Made by a program: the position numbers and the translations under genes. The notes beneath the pieces are model-generated. The model was not told the DNA's origin, did no database searches, and saw only the letters and a list, made by a program, of their open reading frames with translations. Below are positions 19,900 to 29,672 of a stretch of 64,000 nt of DNA, in pieces. The stretch comes from an uncultured archaeon (GTDB lineage: Archaea > Asgardarchaeota > Thorarchaeia > Thorarchaeales > Thorarchaeaceae). Location of the stretch: assembly GCA_964458565.1 (NCBI GenBank), contig CAYWJO010000008.1:37995-101994 (forward strand). The letters are read 5' to 3'. Every line of letters starts with the position of its first letter. Position 1 is the first letter of the stretch.

Positions 19900-21228
19900 T
19901 TATGTGAAGTCTTCTGTCATCTCTTTTGCACATGCAATACCGGATCTAGATGCAGCTTCCATTGAGGCATAATAGATTCCGCAATTTGCATGTGAACCGG
20001 CAACATATAGGCCTTCAACGCCAGTTCTGTTTGTTTTCAGCCGGTCTCCTAAAATACCTGGGGGTTGAGCTAATAGTGATCTCCATATCTTCCAACTCTT
20101 CTTCCATGTGACCTTGTCCTGAACACCTGGTATCAGTTCCTTTAGTTCATCAAGGATTGCAGATGTTGCTTCTTCGTCGCTCATTTTGAGAAGCTCCTTG
20201 TCGATACTAGTAACTGTCAAGAGTGACTCTCCGATAGGTGCTAAGACTCCTGAAACTCTTTTCGCCTCAGCAATGATATTAATTTTCTTTCCAGGAACAA
20301 ATCCACCTACGTTGAAGTCAAGGACACGAGATGAGAGTCCGAAATATGCGACAGTCGAAGGTACATATGAAAACTTCTTACATGCATTAGTAAAATCACT
20401 GGGTAATTTGTTCATATTCACAAGGTTTGGAAGTAAATCAATTGGAGTTGTGATTACAGCAATGTCAGTTTCAACGGTATAATCAACACCGTCCTGTTCA
20501 TATTCCACTGCATGTACCTTATTATCTTCAATCACTACTTGCTTTACGGTACAATTGACTTTTGGTTCAACAGCAAAGTTACGTGCTTGTAGCATGAGTG
20601 TATAGGGAACACTACCAAGACCGCCTCTTTCTGGATACATTGCAACGAATCCATCTTCATACGCAAAACGCATTTTCTCTGATTGGAGGTATTGTCCTGC
20701 TGAAACCTCCTGTGGTGTCATAAATGTGGTGGTACGAATTAGTGGGTCATAGAAATCATTGAGAATCTCTTCAGACATCTTATCCTCAGCATATTCAGCG
20801 AATGTCACATTGTCAAGTTGTGCGAATTCCTCATCAGGTCTCCGAATGTTATCCTGAACAATAGTCCCTAGTTTAGCTCTATCGCCTCGATCCAAGAGAC
20901 CAAACCTTGCTAAGTCTGTAACTGACTGACGCATGACATATCTCTCGCCACCTTTCAGCCAAACTGCTCCTTCACCAACTGTTGTCATTCGAATCCCGCT
21001 TCTTTCAAGAATCGGTATAAGGGACTTGAAGCCACCTACGAAGAAGTGAAGACCTTGATCAAAGACATAACCAGACTCAGTGTATGAACGAGCCCTTCCT
21101 CCAACAGTTTTTTCTTTTTCTAGAATTGTACATCGTGCTTTCAAACCTTTCAGTTCAAGGGCGCAACTGAATCCTGCGATTCCAGCTCCCACAATGATGA
21201 CTTTCGTTCCTCTTTTCTTTTCACTCAT
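19900..21228 (-). CDS. FAD-dependent oxidoreductase of the amine oxidase/phytoene desaturase/HpnE superfamily
   Basis: IIVGAGIAG, LEKEKTVGGRARS, GYVFDQGLH, GLYVAG...ASMEAASRSG. Confidence 0.8.
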   Translation of the reverse strand: MSEKKRGTKVIIVGAGIAGFSCALELKGLKARCTILEKEKTVGGRARSYTESGYVFDQGLHFFVGGFKSLIPILERSGIRMTTVGEGAVWLKGGERYVMRQSVTDLARFGLLDRGDRAKLGTIVQDNIRRPDEEFAQLDNVTFAEYAEDKMSEEILNDFYDPLIRTTTFMTPQEVSAGQYLQSEKMRFAYEDGFVAMYPERGGLGSVPYTLMLQARNFAVEPKVNCTVKQVVIEDNKVHAVEYEQDGVDYTVETDIAVITTPIDLLPNLVNMNKLPSDFTNACKKFSYVPSTVAYFGLSSRVLDFNVGGFVPGKKINIIAEAKRVSGVLAPIGESLLTVTSIDKELLKMSDEEATSAILDELKELIPGVQDKVTWKKSWKIWRSLLAQPPGILGDRLKTNRTGVEGLYVAGSHANCGIYYASMEAASRSGIACAKEMTEDFT

Positions 21229-21232
21229 TTTC

Positions 21233-22357
21233 TTATTCCTCCACTACAGATGACCTTGCTAGGTCTAGAATCAATTCATCCAACTGAATAACTTCAATAT
21301 CGAAATCTCGTGCGTTATAACTCAAATTCTTGAAACAAGATATACAGGTTGTAATGAGACCATCCGCACCAGTATCAACAGCTTCTTGGACACGCTTCTT
21401 ACCAACTGCCTCAGCGAGATCGGGATCTAGAACTGCGAGAAAACCTCCACAACAATTGGAATTCTCATGATTTCCAGCCATTTCTCTTAATTCAATACCT
21501 GGAATTCCACGAATAATCTCTCGGGGTGCTTCATAGATACCAAGAGCACGACCAAGATGACAACTATCATGAAATGTATACACTCCCTCCAAGCTCTTGA
21601 ACGTTAGAACACCATTCCGAACCATATCTGCTATGTACTCAACGGTATGATGTACTTCAATATCGAACTCAGGGATAAGACGTTTGTAATGCTCTGCAAG
21701 TGTTCCGAAACATCCACCACAACCTGTGACAATGTGGTCCACTCCTGCTTTTTTGAAGGCATCATAATTCTTTTGGGCAATCTCCTTGAATCCTTTATCA
21801 TCACCAGCCCAATAATTCATTAGCCCACAGCAGACTTCACTTGGTATATATCCTGCATTTATCTTCAATTTCTCCATCAGGTCTACAACCATCTCAGATT
21901 GATCTGGGAAATAATATGAACCCATACACCCACTGAAGATCGCAGTGTTGGATTCAGGTGGCAGTTCTAAGTCCTCGGCCCAGACATCTCGGTCTTCGCC
22001 CTCGAATCCAATAAAAGGCGTTCCCTCTTGCTTTACCCAGGCCAATACTTGGATGAGCGAGTCTGACATCTTACCACCACTATTGAGTAGTGATGCTTTT
22101 GCGTCATGCCAAATGTCAGTGACAGGCACATTTGCAGGACAGACTGCCTCACACATTCGACAATCTGCACAGTATAGTCGATTCAGTAGTTCTTGTGGTG
22201 GATTCCACATCTTCTCTCGATAAGCTCTAAGAGCTCGTATTTTTCCTCCTGGACTGTCTAATTCCGAACCAAGTTGTTGATACATGGGACAGAAGTCTCG
22301 ACAGTAATTGCAAGAGCCACAATGTCGTAGTAGTTTATCATCTATGTCAATCTTCAC
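21233..22357 (-). CDS. GlcF/HdrD-like Fe-S protein (2x4Fe-4S, 2 CCG domains)
   Basis: CGSCNYCRDFCP, CADCRMCEAVCP, VCCG...CGGC, HDSCHLGR, CCGG...CISC. Confidence 0.92.
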   Translation of the reverse strand: MKIDIDDKLLRHCGSCNYCRDFCPMYQQLGSELDSPGGKIRALRAYREKMWNPPQELLNRLYCADCRMCEAVCPANVPVTDIWHDAKASLLNSGGKMSDSLIQVLAWVKQEGTPFIGFEGEDRDVWAEDLELPPESNTAIFSGCMGSYYFPDQSEMVVDLMEKLKINAGYIPSEVCCGLMNYWAGDDKGFKEIAQKNYDAFKKAGVDHIVTGCGGCFGTLAEHYKRLIPEFDIEVHHTVEYIADMVRNGVLTFKSLEGVYTFHDSCHLGRALGIYEAPREIIRGIPGIELREMAGNHENSNCCGGFLAVLDPDLAEAVGKKRVQEAVDTGADGLITTCISCFKNLSYNARDFDIEVIQLDELILDLARSSVVEE

Positions 22358-22364
22358 TTCTGAA

Positions 22365-23888
22365 TCACGCTCCTATGAACTTCGAGAGCCATCTAAACTT
22401 AGTGGCAAGTTGGAAAAGGATATCGATTCGACCATATGATGTCAAACATGATGTAATCCTATCAGGATTCATGATGTTAAGAGGATCCCATTCCTCTTTC
22501 GCCCTCTTGATTTCTTCGTATTTTATCGGATATGCTCTCTTCATATAGATGCTATTTTGTAAACCAATGGTATATGGTGCTCCACCATGACTAATGGACT
22601 TCTTCACCATTTTGTGAAGAACTCCCTTACTGGCGATAAATTTCAGATAATGATCTGGATTTATCATAGCAAACAATTCAATACGCATGAACTCTTGCGT
22701 TCCCAACATACCGTACCAGAGGGCAGGTACTTTGTGTGAAACTCTGTAGTCTTCGTATTTCTTTAATAAATCGTATACAGATTCTAGCGGAACCCAGAGT
22801 TCTTGAAACATGAGTGTTTCGCAGTGTTCCTTTGGATTAAATTCTGAATCATGTCTTAGTTCCCACTCTTTATCTGAAAACTCTTCACCTAAGAATTCTC
22901 CTCCATGACCCGTAGTTGCTGCTTCAAGTTCAAATTTACTAGTGGGATCGAAATTTTGCAGTATAGCATCTGAAGAATAGGTTACAGTCAGGACAAAGTT
23001 TCCTTTCTCCAAAGGATTGCTATACTTCTGCAGTTCCTTGTCTGCAATCTTCAAGAAGATTGGTTTGTATGCCATTTTGGTAATTTCTCGCACAGCAAGG
23101 CAGAGATGCTCTAATCTTTTGAATCCGTACGAGTAGGTTTCGTAATTCTCAGGTTGCTTGTGTACCTTAAGAGTGACCTCTGTAATAACACCAAGTATTC
23201 CATAAGACCCGCAAATAATTCCAGCTTCTTCTCCTGTAAGTGTCATCATTTCACCATCAGGTTTGACAACTTTGAGTTCAAGAATGTGGTCCTCGAGTAT
23301 GCCATAGAATGGAGTACCAATCCCCGCACGTCCACCACACCCAATCCAACCGCCAATGACTGCAGATTTAGCGCTGGTTGGATAGATGCCAAAGGTTAAT
23401 CCCTTTTTTACAAGTTGTTTTTCAAGAGCATCGAAAGTGACGCCTGGTTCAACTGTTACATATTCTTGGTCTTCGTTTATTTCCAGAATATGATTCATGA
23501 GTTTTATATCCAATGAGATACCACCTCGTGTTGGACTTGATGAGCCCAAACAACTCGAAGCGCCGCCTCTTGGAATCACTGGCACCTTAGATGCATTGGC
23601 AATCCTCAATACGCTCTGTACTTCTTCAACTGAAGTAACTCGAACAACATAATCCACAAGGCTTTTTCTCTTCCATCGATAATGGAACTGTGGTAGTGAC
23701 GCCGGATCACCACTATACACGATTCTCTCAAGTTCCATATCTGAAGCACGACTTTCCCCCACAACAGCTATAAGCTGATTTAGTATTGGGTCAACATCTT
23801 GTCCTTCTTCAGGAATAGGCTCCATCTTTTTTCCAGTTTCTTCATCAGCAGGAGATACCTCAGTTTCTACTTTGTCTTCGCTTCCCAT
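22365..23888 (-). CDS. FAD-binding oxidoreductase (GlcD fold)
   Basis: Start reassigned to MGSEDKVE; PRGGASSCLG, VEPGV, AVIGGWIG, GSYGILGVIT, MNP; short amphipathic tail. Confidence 0.88.
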   Translation of the reverse strand: MGSEDKVETEVSPADEETGKKMEPIPEEGQDVDPILNQLIAVVGESRASDMELERIVYSGDPASLPQFHYRWKRKSLVDYVVRVTSVEEVQSVLRIANASKVPVIPRGGASSCLGSSSPTRGGISLDIKLMNHILEINEDQEYVTVEPGVTFDALEKQLVKKGLTFGIYPTSAKSAVIGGWIGCGGRAGIGTPFYGILEDHILELKVVKPDGEMMTLTGEEAGIICGSYGILGVITEVTLKVHKQPENYETYSYGFKRLEHLCLAVREITKMAYKPIFLKIADKELQKYSNPLEKGNFVLTVTYSSDAILQNFDPTSKFELEAATTGHGGEFLGEEFSDKEWELRHDSEFNPKEHCETLMFQELWVPLESVYDLLKKYEDYRVSHKVPALWYGMLGTQEFMRIELFAMINPDHYLKFIASKGVLHKMVKKSISHGGAPYTIGLQNSIYMKRAYPIKYEEIKRAKEEWDPLNIMNPDRITSCLTSYGRIDILFQLATKFRWLSKFIGA

Positions 23889-23892
23889 ATCA

Positions 23893-25101
23893 TCACATCC
23901 TAAATAACACACCGAGATAAACCCCAGTAAATCCAAGTAATGTCCAAAGAATAACAGCAGGAAGTCCTAGATTACATGTCTTCCATCCACCAAGATGTGT
24001 AAGGAATGCAAGTGTGCCAAGAATCATGCTAGTAATTCCAATCCAAATATGCCAACAATGTATGAAAGTTAACATATTTGTAAGGTCGAATAGATACTGC
24101 GGGTTCATATTGTTCCATGTTGATGGTCCTTCGAGTAAGAGAAATAGGACATTAATTGATGTGAGGATATATGCCAGACTGAGCATGATTCCATGTCCTC
24201 TAGTGAATCGCTCCTCATCATAATATTCTAAGGCTGTACCAATGTATGCTAACACCAACGCAGGTAATCCCAAATACCATCCATAATGTAATTGTGGAAT
24301 CTCAATAGGTTCCACTGGGATGAATCCTGCAACATATGAGTTCACACCTGATTCAGTTTCTAGTCCATCAATATCAGACGCGATCACCTTGTAAAGTACT
24401 TCAGTACCATAAACTTGAGCTGGAATATCGCCATCATAATAATATGAAGACACTTCAGTCATAGTGACGTTATTCCATGATGTCCCATTATTGATTGAGT
24501 ATGAAAGAATGACTTCATCAATATCTGCGGTTGATTGCAAGGTGGCATTTATTGTAACATCTTCATTTGCTGGAGGATACTCAGAACTCTGACCAATACT
24601 TGTAAAGATAGGTCCTTCTCCAGAAGCAGCAACGGTGACAGTTACACTCACTTGATCATTATTTTGTGAACTACCAACTGCAAAAAGAGTTAGAGTATAT
24701 TCTCCTGGAAACGCAGGAGCAGTTATGGTATATGAGATGGTCATTGCACCAGATGCTGGGTTATCATCACCCTCCCCATTATCGTAAACTCCACCCTGTG
24801 CATTCTCAGGGGATATATCGAAATTGGTATTATCGTCAACATCTCCTGGGAATTTAGCATAGAGATACGATAATGAACCTCCACCGGTTATATCTACATC
24901 CAACTGAAATTCTTGACCAGTTTCTGTTGATATAGATGATGGTGCACTTATCGAGATTGTTCCTGTATTATTGTGGCATGAAGCACAGTTAATATCATAG
25001 GTACTGTTTGCTCCAACAAATCCTATTGATACAACAATAACCGCGACTAAACACGATGCAATAAGGATGCCAATTTTTGTGTTCCTTTTCAACTGAGTCA
25101 C
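23893..25101 (-). CDS. Monoheme cytochrome c + two Ig-like domains + C-terminal His-containing 4-TM (cytochrome b561-like) domain
   Basis: Signal peptide, CASCH, DNGEGDDNPASG, second Ig domain (YSINNGTSWNNVTM), TM helices carrying His (LHYG, GHGIM, HCWHIW, THLG). Confidence 0.7.
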   Translation of the reverse strand: MTQLKRNTKIGILIASCLVAVIVVSIGFVGANSTYDINCASCHNNTGTISISAPSSISTETGQEFQLDVDITGGGSLSYLYAKFPGDVDDNTNFDISPENAQGGVYDNGEGDDNPASGAMTISYTITAPAFPGEYTLTLFAVGSSQNNDQVSVTVTVAASGEGPIFTSIGQSSEYPPANEDVTINATLQSTADIDEVILSYSINNGTSWNNVTMTEVSSYYYDGDIPAQVYGTEVLYKVIASDIDGLETESGVNSYVAGFIPVEPIEIPQLHYGWYLGLPALVLAYIGTALEYYDEERFTRGHGIMLSLAYILTSINVLFLLLEGPSTWNNMNPQYLFDLTNMLTFIHCWHIWIGITSMILGTLAFLTHLGGWKTCNLGLPAVILWTLLGFTGVYLGVLFRM

Positions 25102-25324
25102 CTTTTAGGGAGAAGTCCATCTGAATCTGGTTTCATGTCCGCTCTAATCGGGTCTTAAAGCTTTACGGTCATAACTGAATAATGAGAAAATCATCCAATA
25201 TTAGGTTACAATACGTATTCAACTCTGAACCATGAATGACCAACTGTAATTCTATATGTATGACTTATCAGAATCGGCAATACTTATCTCTAGGAATGTT
25301 ACACGCTGCAAGTGGCGAAAATAA

Positions 25325-25870
25325 ATGAAACTGCGAGAAGATACTGATCAGTACTGCCTGCTGTGGGTTGGAGTACTTATCCTTGCAACTTACTATTTCA
25401 ATTTCCTGTTTCTTTTTAGTATAGGATCGGCGGACTTTACACCATTCGTCACATTATCATTACCTCTTCTCGGAATACCCCTCGTACTTATCTCGACATT
25501 CATGGGATACTTACGTCCTGAGAGAGGGAAAGCAAAACCGAATGCATTAGCACTCTCTGTCGTTTTTTCGCTTTTCTACATGCTCTCCTGCATATTTGCA
25601 TATGATTTATTCAATGCTTGGAATTTCTCGAATTTCATAGAGAGTATGGGCTTTGCATCTTGGGGTATCGGTTCTGCAATCCTAACAGCTGGTGGCCTAT
25701 CAATTATGCAATCTTTTGAAGACAGCGTAGAGGGAGACATTCTTGATCTTAGTAAACTACACTATCCTCCTGGTGAGATTCCAGAACCAGAATCAGAGAA
25801 TAGTGCTCAACCTGAAATAGCAGAACCTGATGTACCTGAAGCGAAAGAAGAGCCAATCCCTGAAGAATAG
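25325..25870 (+). CDS. Hypothetical 4-TM membrane protein with acidic Pro/Glu tail
   Basis: Hydrophobic segments; fills the intergenic space. Confidence 0.65.
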   Translation: MKLREDTDQYCLLWVGVLILATYYFNFLFLFSIGSADFTPFVTLSLPLLGIPLVLISTFMGYLRPERGKAKPNALALSVVFSLFYMLSCIFAYDLFNAWNFSNFIESMGFASWGIGSAILTAGGLSIMQSFEDSVEGDILDLSKLHYPPGEIPEPESENSAQPEIAEPDVPEAKEEPIPEE

Positions 25871-25898
25871 AATTAGTCCTTCAGGGTTGATTGCTCTT

Positions 25899-26261
25899 TT
25901 ATTCAACCATCCATGCTAGTACAGAAAATGCTAGAAGCAACCCAAATGCTATCCATGCAAAAAGGATTATACCCGCACCTGGAGTGAAGAATATGATATC
26001 CATATATCCATGAATTCCGCCAAGTGAACCAGAAACCATCGTTGTTGCAATTCGCTCATTTCTCGTCTTTGCAAATCCAAGTGCTAAAGTTGAAACAACC
26101 AAAAGTATTGCAGTAATCACTAGAATATTACTCACACTTGGGCTTGGATAGCTGGCAAGTCCAAATGGATATATCAGATACCAGAGGTATGATCCAATGA
26201 ATGCCATTCCAGTTAAGAGACCTAAGTAGTGCCAGACCGTTCCATCATCTTCCATCGTCAT
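25899..26261 (-). CDS. Hypothetical 4-TM membrane protein
   Basis: Hydrophobic segments; convergent with the previous gene. Confidence 0.6.
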   Translation of the reverse strand: MTMEDDGTVWHYLGLLTGMAFIGSYLWYLIYPFGLASYPSPSVSNILVITAILLVVSTLALGFAKTRNERIATTMVSGSLGGIHGYMDIIFFTPGAGIILFAWIAFGLLLAFSVLAWMVE

Positions 26262-26548
26262 TCACTTCAATAAGAATCTGAAGTCGGCGAATGGTTATCT
26301 CTTATTTAACTTCTTTGACAATTGTTGCGAAGCTCTTTTATAATGCAACTTTGTACGCGGCTAATTCGTATCAGAAGCTAATTACCTGTATCATAGCAGG
26401 TCTTTTAGTTTCTGAATGAAGCTTGCATAGGATCCAGATAGTTTCGAGTACAAAGAAAATCAAAACTGATAGGTTTTTGATTACCTTTGTAATCACAATT
26501 TGCTATCATTTGGAAACATGTACGCTTTGAAAAGACAGGTGATAGCAT

Positions 26549-26992
26549 ATGCGGCTCTTCATGGACTTCCTTCCAGTAATAATCTGGGCTATACTTGCAG
26601 GTGCACTCGTTGTTATAATGCTGCTCACATCGTGGTTTTTGAGACCTCATACTCTACAGAATTCCGAAAAAACCGCGTCCTATGAATGTGGTGAGGAACC
26701 CATAGGTCCCGCTAGAATCTCATATCCCTATAATTACATCGTATATACCGTTCTGTTTGTTGTAGTTGATGTATTGACGGCATTCCTATGGCTATTCGCA
26801 TCTGCGTCTTGGGATATTCGAGGTTCCGTTCTTATTGTTAGTCAAGCTATCATTTTTACTCTCATCATAATGATTGGTATCTGGTATGCTGTAAGTAGAA
26901 TTCCGGAAACCATTCTCGATGGATCCGAAACTCTTGCGTTGTATAGAGAAGCAAAAGCCAAACGGGACAAGGAGGTTGAAACGACACATTGA
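26549..26992 (+). CDS. nuoA: Complex I-like subunit A
   Basis: KTASYECGEEP, LFVVVDV; 3 TM helices. Confidence 0.9.
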   Translation: MRLFMDFLPVIIWAILAGALVVIMLLTSWFLRPHTLQNSEKTASYECGEEPIGPARISYPYNYIVYTVLFVVVDVLTAFLWLFASASWDIRGSVLIVSQAIIFTLIIMIGIWYAVSRIPETILDGSETLALYREAKAKRDKEVETTH

Positions 26993-27660
26993 TGCAACTG
27001 GATGAAGCCACACTTATCGGTATAGCTGAACCCTTAGAATTCTTAGCTGTCACAATTGCAGTGATCATCCTCGCGTATCTTGCACTTGAGCATAAGGACA
27101 TTGTATATGCGGCATTCTTCTTCGGTCTGATGGCTGCTGTTGTGTCAGGGTATTTCCTATTCCTCGAAGCCCCCTTTGTTGCCGGTATGCAGATTGCAGT
27201 GTACACCGGCGGAATTAGTGCATTAATCGTCTTTGGTGTTCTTTTGCTCCCAAGATCTCAGGATTCATCATTGGAAACTTTCCCTTCACTAGAAAAGAGC
27301 AGAATTGGTAAGTTGATTGCTGCAGCTGTGACAGCACTTTCTGCGGCTCTTGCTTTGACTTACCCTGGTGTTTGGCAGACTGCACCCTCATATGCTGGTA
27401 TTGAAAGCGAAGGAGCGAATTATTTCTTAGAGGAACTTGCAGTCTGGCTTTGGCAAGATCACGGTATCCTAATACAAATTGTTGGTTTGATTATTCTAAC
27501 AACTCTCGTGGGCACAATCGCCATAATGAGAATGGAGAAAGCTGAGCGACTAATACCTCTGAAATCTGATTTTGGAATTGAAGTCATTGACCTTGAAAAA
27601 GAGGATGATCATGAAAGTGATCAAGAAGTATCGTCTTCTTCGGAGGTAGAGGACCAATGA
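26989..27660 (+). CDS. nuoJ: Complex I-like subunit J
   Basis: LEAPFVAGMQIAVYTGGISALIVFGVLL. Confidence 0.88.
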   Translation: MMQLDEATLIGIAEPLEFLAVTIAVIILAYLALEHKDIVYAAFFFGLMAAVVSGYFLFLEAPFVAGMQIAVYTGGISALIVFGVLLLPRSQDSSLETFPSLEKSRIGKLIAAAVTALSAALALTYPGVWQTAPSYAGIESEGANYFLEELAVWLWQDHGILIQIVGLIILTTLVGTIAIMRMEKAERLIPLKSDFGIEVIDLEKEDDHESDQEVSSSSEVEDQ

Positions 27661-27986
27661 TGCCACTTTATGCATATGTTTTGGTAGCCTTTATCCTAGT
27701 TGGGATGGGCGCATACGGGATGATGGTCAAACGCAATCTCATTCGTATTCTTATCGGAGCAGAAATTATGGGTAATGGGGTTCTAATTGCACTAATCGCA
27801 TTTGCCATGTATGGCCCTACTGCTGGTGTCTATACTTTTGCAGGTCAAGGGCTAGTAGTCCTTGTCATATCCGTTTTTGCAGCCCATACAGCACTAGCTA
27901 TGGTCTTGATGCTTATGTACCATAGAAGATATGGACATGTCGATCTGGGAAAGGTGGTTATTTTGGAGGATGAGCATTTTGACTGA
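27657..27986 (+). CDS. nuoK: Complex I-like subunit K
   Basis: KRNLIRILIGAEIMGNG, GQ; 3 TM helices. Confidence 0.88.
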   Translation: MMPLYAYVLVAFILVGMGAYGMMVKRNLIRILIGAEIMGNGVLIALIAFAMYGPTAGVYTFAGQGLVVLVISVFAAHTALAMVLMLMYHRRYGHVDLGKVVILEDEHFD

Positions 27987-28536
27987 AGTACTACATGTCG
28001 CAGCAGCGACATTTGCTCGAGAGGTGATCAACAAATTTCCAGATGTTGAATCTAAGCCTCTTAATGATAATGGAGTTGAGCTCATCACTCCACGAACACA
28101 TATCAGAGATATCGTAAACATGATTGACGAACGATTTGACGACGCATTTCCAGAATTAGTCTTTGGTGTTGATTTGGAAGAGGGTAATTTCGAAGTAATC
28201 TACATATTCTGGATGAGATCCTCCAGTCTTCTTCTCCAGATACGCATTCCCTTACAAGAGAATGATCTCTGGGTAGACACTGTTTCAGATATATTCCCAG
28301 GTTTTGAGTGGCATGAGAGAGAAACCCATGAAATGTTTGGCATTGATTTCAAAGGTCACCAAGATCTTCGACTTCTTCTGTTGCCTGATGAGCTAGAGGG
28401 GCAGTATCCCCTGCGAAAGAGCTTCAAGACTGATAGAAGCCGATTGGAAGAGAGTGGATTGACTGTCCCGAAACCAAAGCCATCCCCCTCAGCGAGACCT
28501 GATGATAAACCAGCAAAGGAGGCTGATAGCGAATGA
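27970..28536 (+). CDS. nuoC: Complex I-like subunit C
   Basis: WHERETHEMFGIDFKGHQDLRLLLLP...YPLRKSF; start probably ATG 27970 or TTG 27979. Confidence 0.9.
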   Translation: MSILTEVLHVAAATFAREVINKFPDVESKPLNDNGVELITPRTHIRDIVNMIDERFDDAFPELVFGVDLEEGNFEVIYIFWMRSSSLLLQIRIPLQENDLWVDTVSDIFPGFEWHERETHEMFGIDFKGHQDLRLLLLPDELEGQYPLRKSFKTDRSRLEESGLTVPKPKPSPSARPDDKPAKEADSE

Positions 28537-29672
28537 AGCCGGATATATCTGACGAAGCTGTTGAATTGTGGTTTGGCCCGCAGCACGTAGCAGCACATGG
28601 TTGGGCTACGAAACTGACTCTCGTTGGAGACTATATAGTTGAATGTGATCCTAATGCAGGTTATTTCCATAGGTCAGCTGAGAAATGTTTGGAGTTCCGG
28701 AATTTCCGGCAGGGTGCACTTATCATGGAACGATTGTGTATGCCTGAAGCATTTCTTGCAGAATATCCGTATGTTCAAGCCGTTGAAAAAATCGCTGAGA
28801 TTGAGGTACCTGAAAAAGCGAAGTTCATGAGAACCATCATGATGGAGGTCAGTCGAATTCATAGTATCCAATTCTGGTGGGGTCAACTGGCAGGTGAACT
28901 AGGACTCTTTACAATGGTACTATGGCCATGGATTGATCGAGAGTACACATTGGATGCATTCGAAGAACTTACTGGCTCACGCCATGCCGTTACATACAGC
29001 ACTCCTGGTGGCGTCAAATACGATTTCACAGATGAATTCCTTAGAAGATTGGATTTAGCAATCTATCATTTAGAAAATCATCTTGGTAAATTCAAAGATA
29101 TGATTTTAAAAAGTCCCACTTTCAAAGCTCGTGCGCAGAATGTAGGTTTATTCTCTACCAAAGAAGCATTGAAACTTGGACTTAGTGGTCCCAATATCCG
29201 TGCATGTGATTATCCAATGGACCTACGGAAAGATGCTCATGATCCCAATCTCAAATACGACCAAGTTGACTGGGAAGTCCCTGTTTTGGTGAGTGAGGAG
29301 CATGGTTCAGGAATGTGTGATGCATATGACAGGATGATTCAGCGTTTCAATGAAGTTGATGTAGCCCTTCAGATTATCAGGGGTCTCCTGCCACAAGTTC
29401 CTGAGGGTCCTATAATCGACCCCAAAGTTAGAGCTAAGACCAATAGACTCCCCGCAGGGGAAGCGTACGGACGAGTTGAGGGTGCAAGAGGAATCTCAAC
29501 ACTTTGGCTCAAGACTACAGATAAGGCACAGACTCCATATAGAGCCAAAATCCGAGGTCCATGCTTTAATTCGTATTATGCCTTAAAACATTTAATGCCC
29601 GGACTCCGGTTCGCAGACTTTGTTCTCGTCTTTGGGAGCCTAGATCCCTATGTCGGGTGGTGGGATCGATAA
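28533..29672 (+). CDS. nuoD: Complex I-like subunit D (no NiFe ligand set)
   Basis: GPQHVAAHG, GYFHRSAEK, EVSRIHS, LSGPNIRA, EGARG, C-terminal SLDPYVGWWDR; both CxxC pairs of hydrogenases are missing. Confidence 0.88.
   Translation: MKPDISDEAVELWFGPQHVAAHGWATKLTLVGDYIVECDPNAGYFHRSAEKCLEFRNFRQGALIMERLCMPEAFLAEYPYVQAVEKIAEIEVPEKAKFMRTIMMEVSRIHSIQFWWGQLAGELGLFTMVLWPWIDREYTLDAFEELTGSRHAVTYSTPGGVKYDFTDEFLRRLDLAIYHLENHLGKFKDMILKSPTFKARAQNVGLFSTKEALKLGLSGPNIRACDYPMDLRKDAHDPNLKYDQVDWEVPVLVSEEHGSGMCDAYDRMIQRFNEVDVALQIIRGLLPQVPEGPIIDPKVRAKTNRLPAGEAYGRVEGARGISTLWLKTTDKAQTPYRAKIRGPCFNSYYALKHLMPGLRFADFVLVFGSLDPYVGWWDR

Noticed and set aside
727-23888. Gene symbols glcD/glcF/dld/hdrD
   Set aside because: Family-level similarity only; the catalytic motifs of GlcD/Dld are absent and the substrate is unknown.
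28533-29672. Group 4 [NiFe]-hydrogenase large subunit
   Set aside because: Only one of the four Ni-ligating Cys remains, there are no CxxC pairs, and the partner small subunit has the complex I-type tandem CC.
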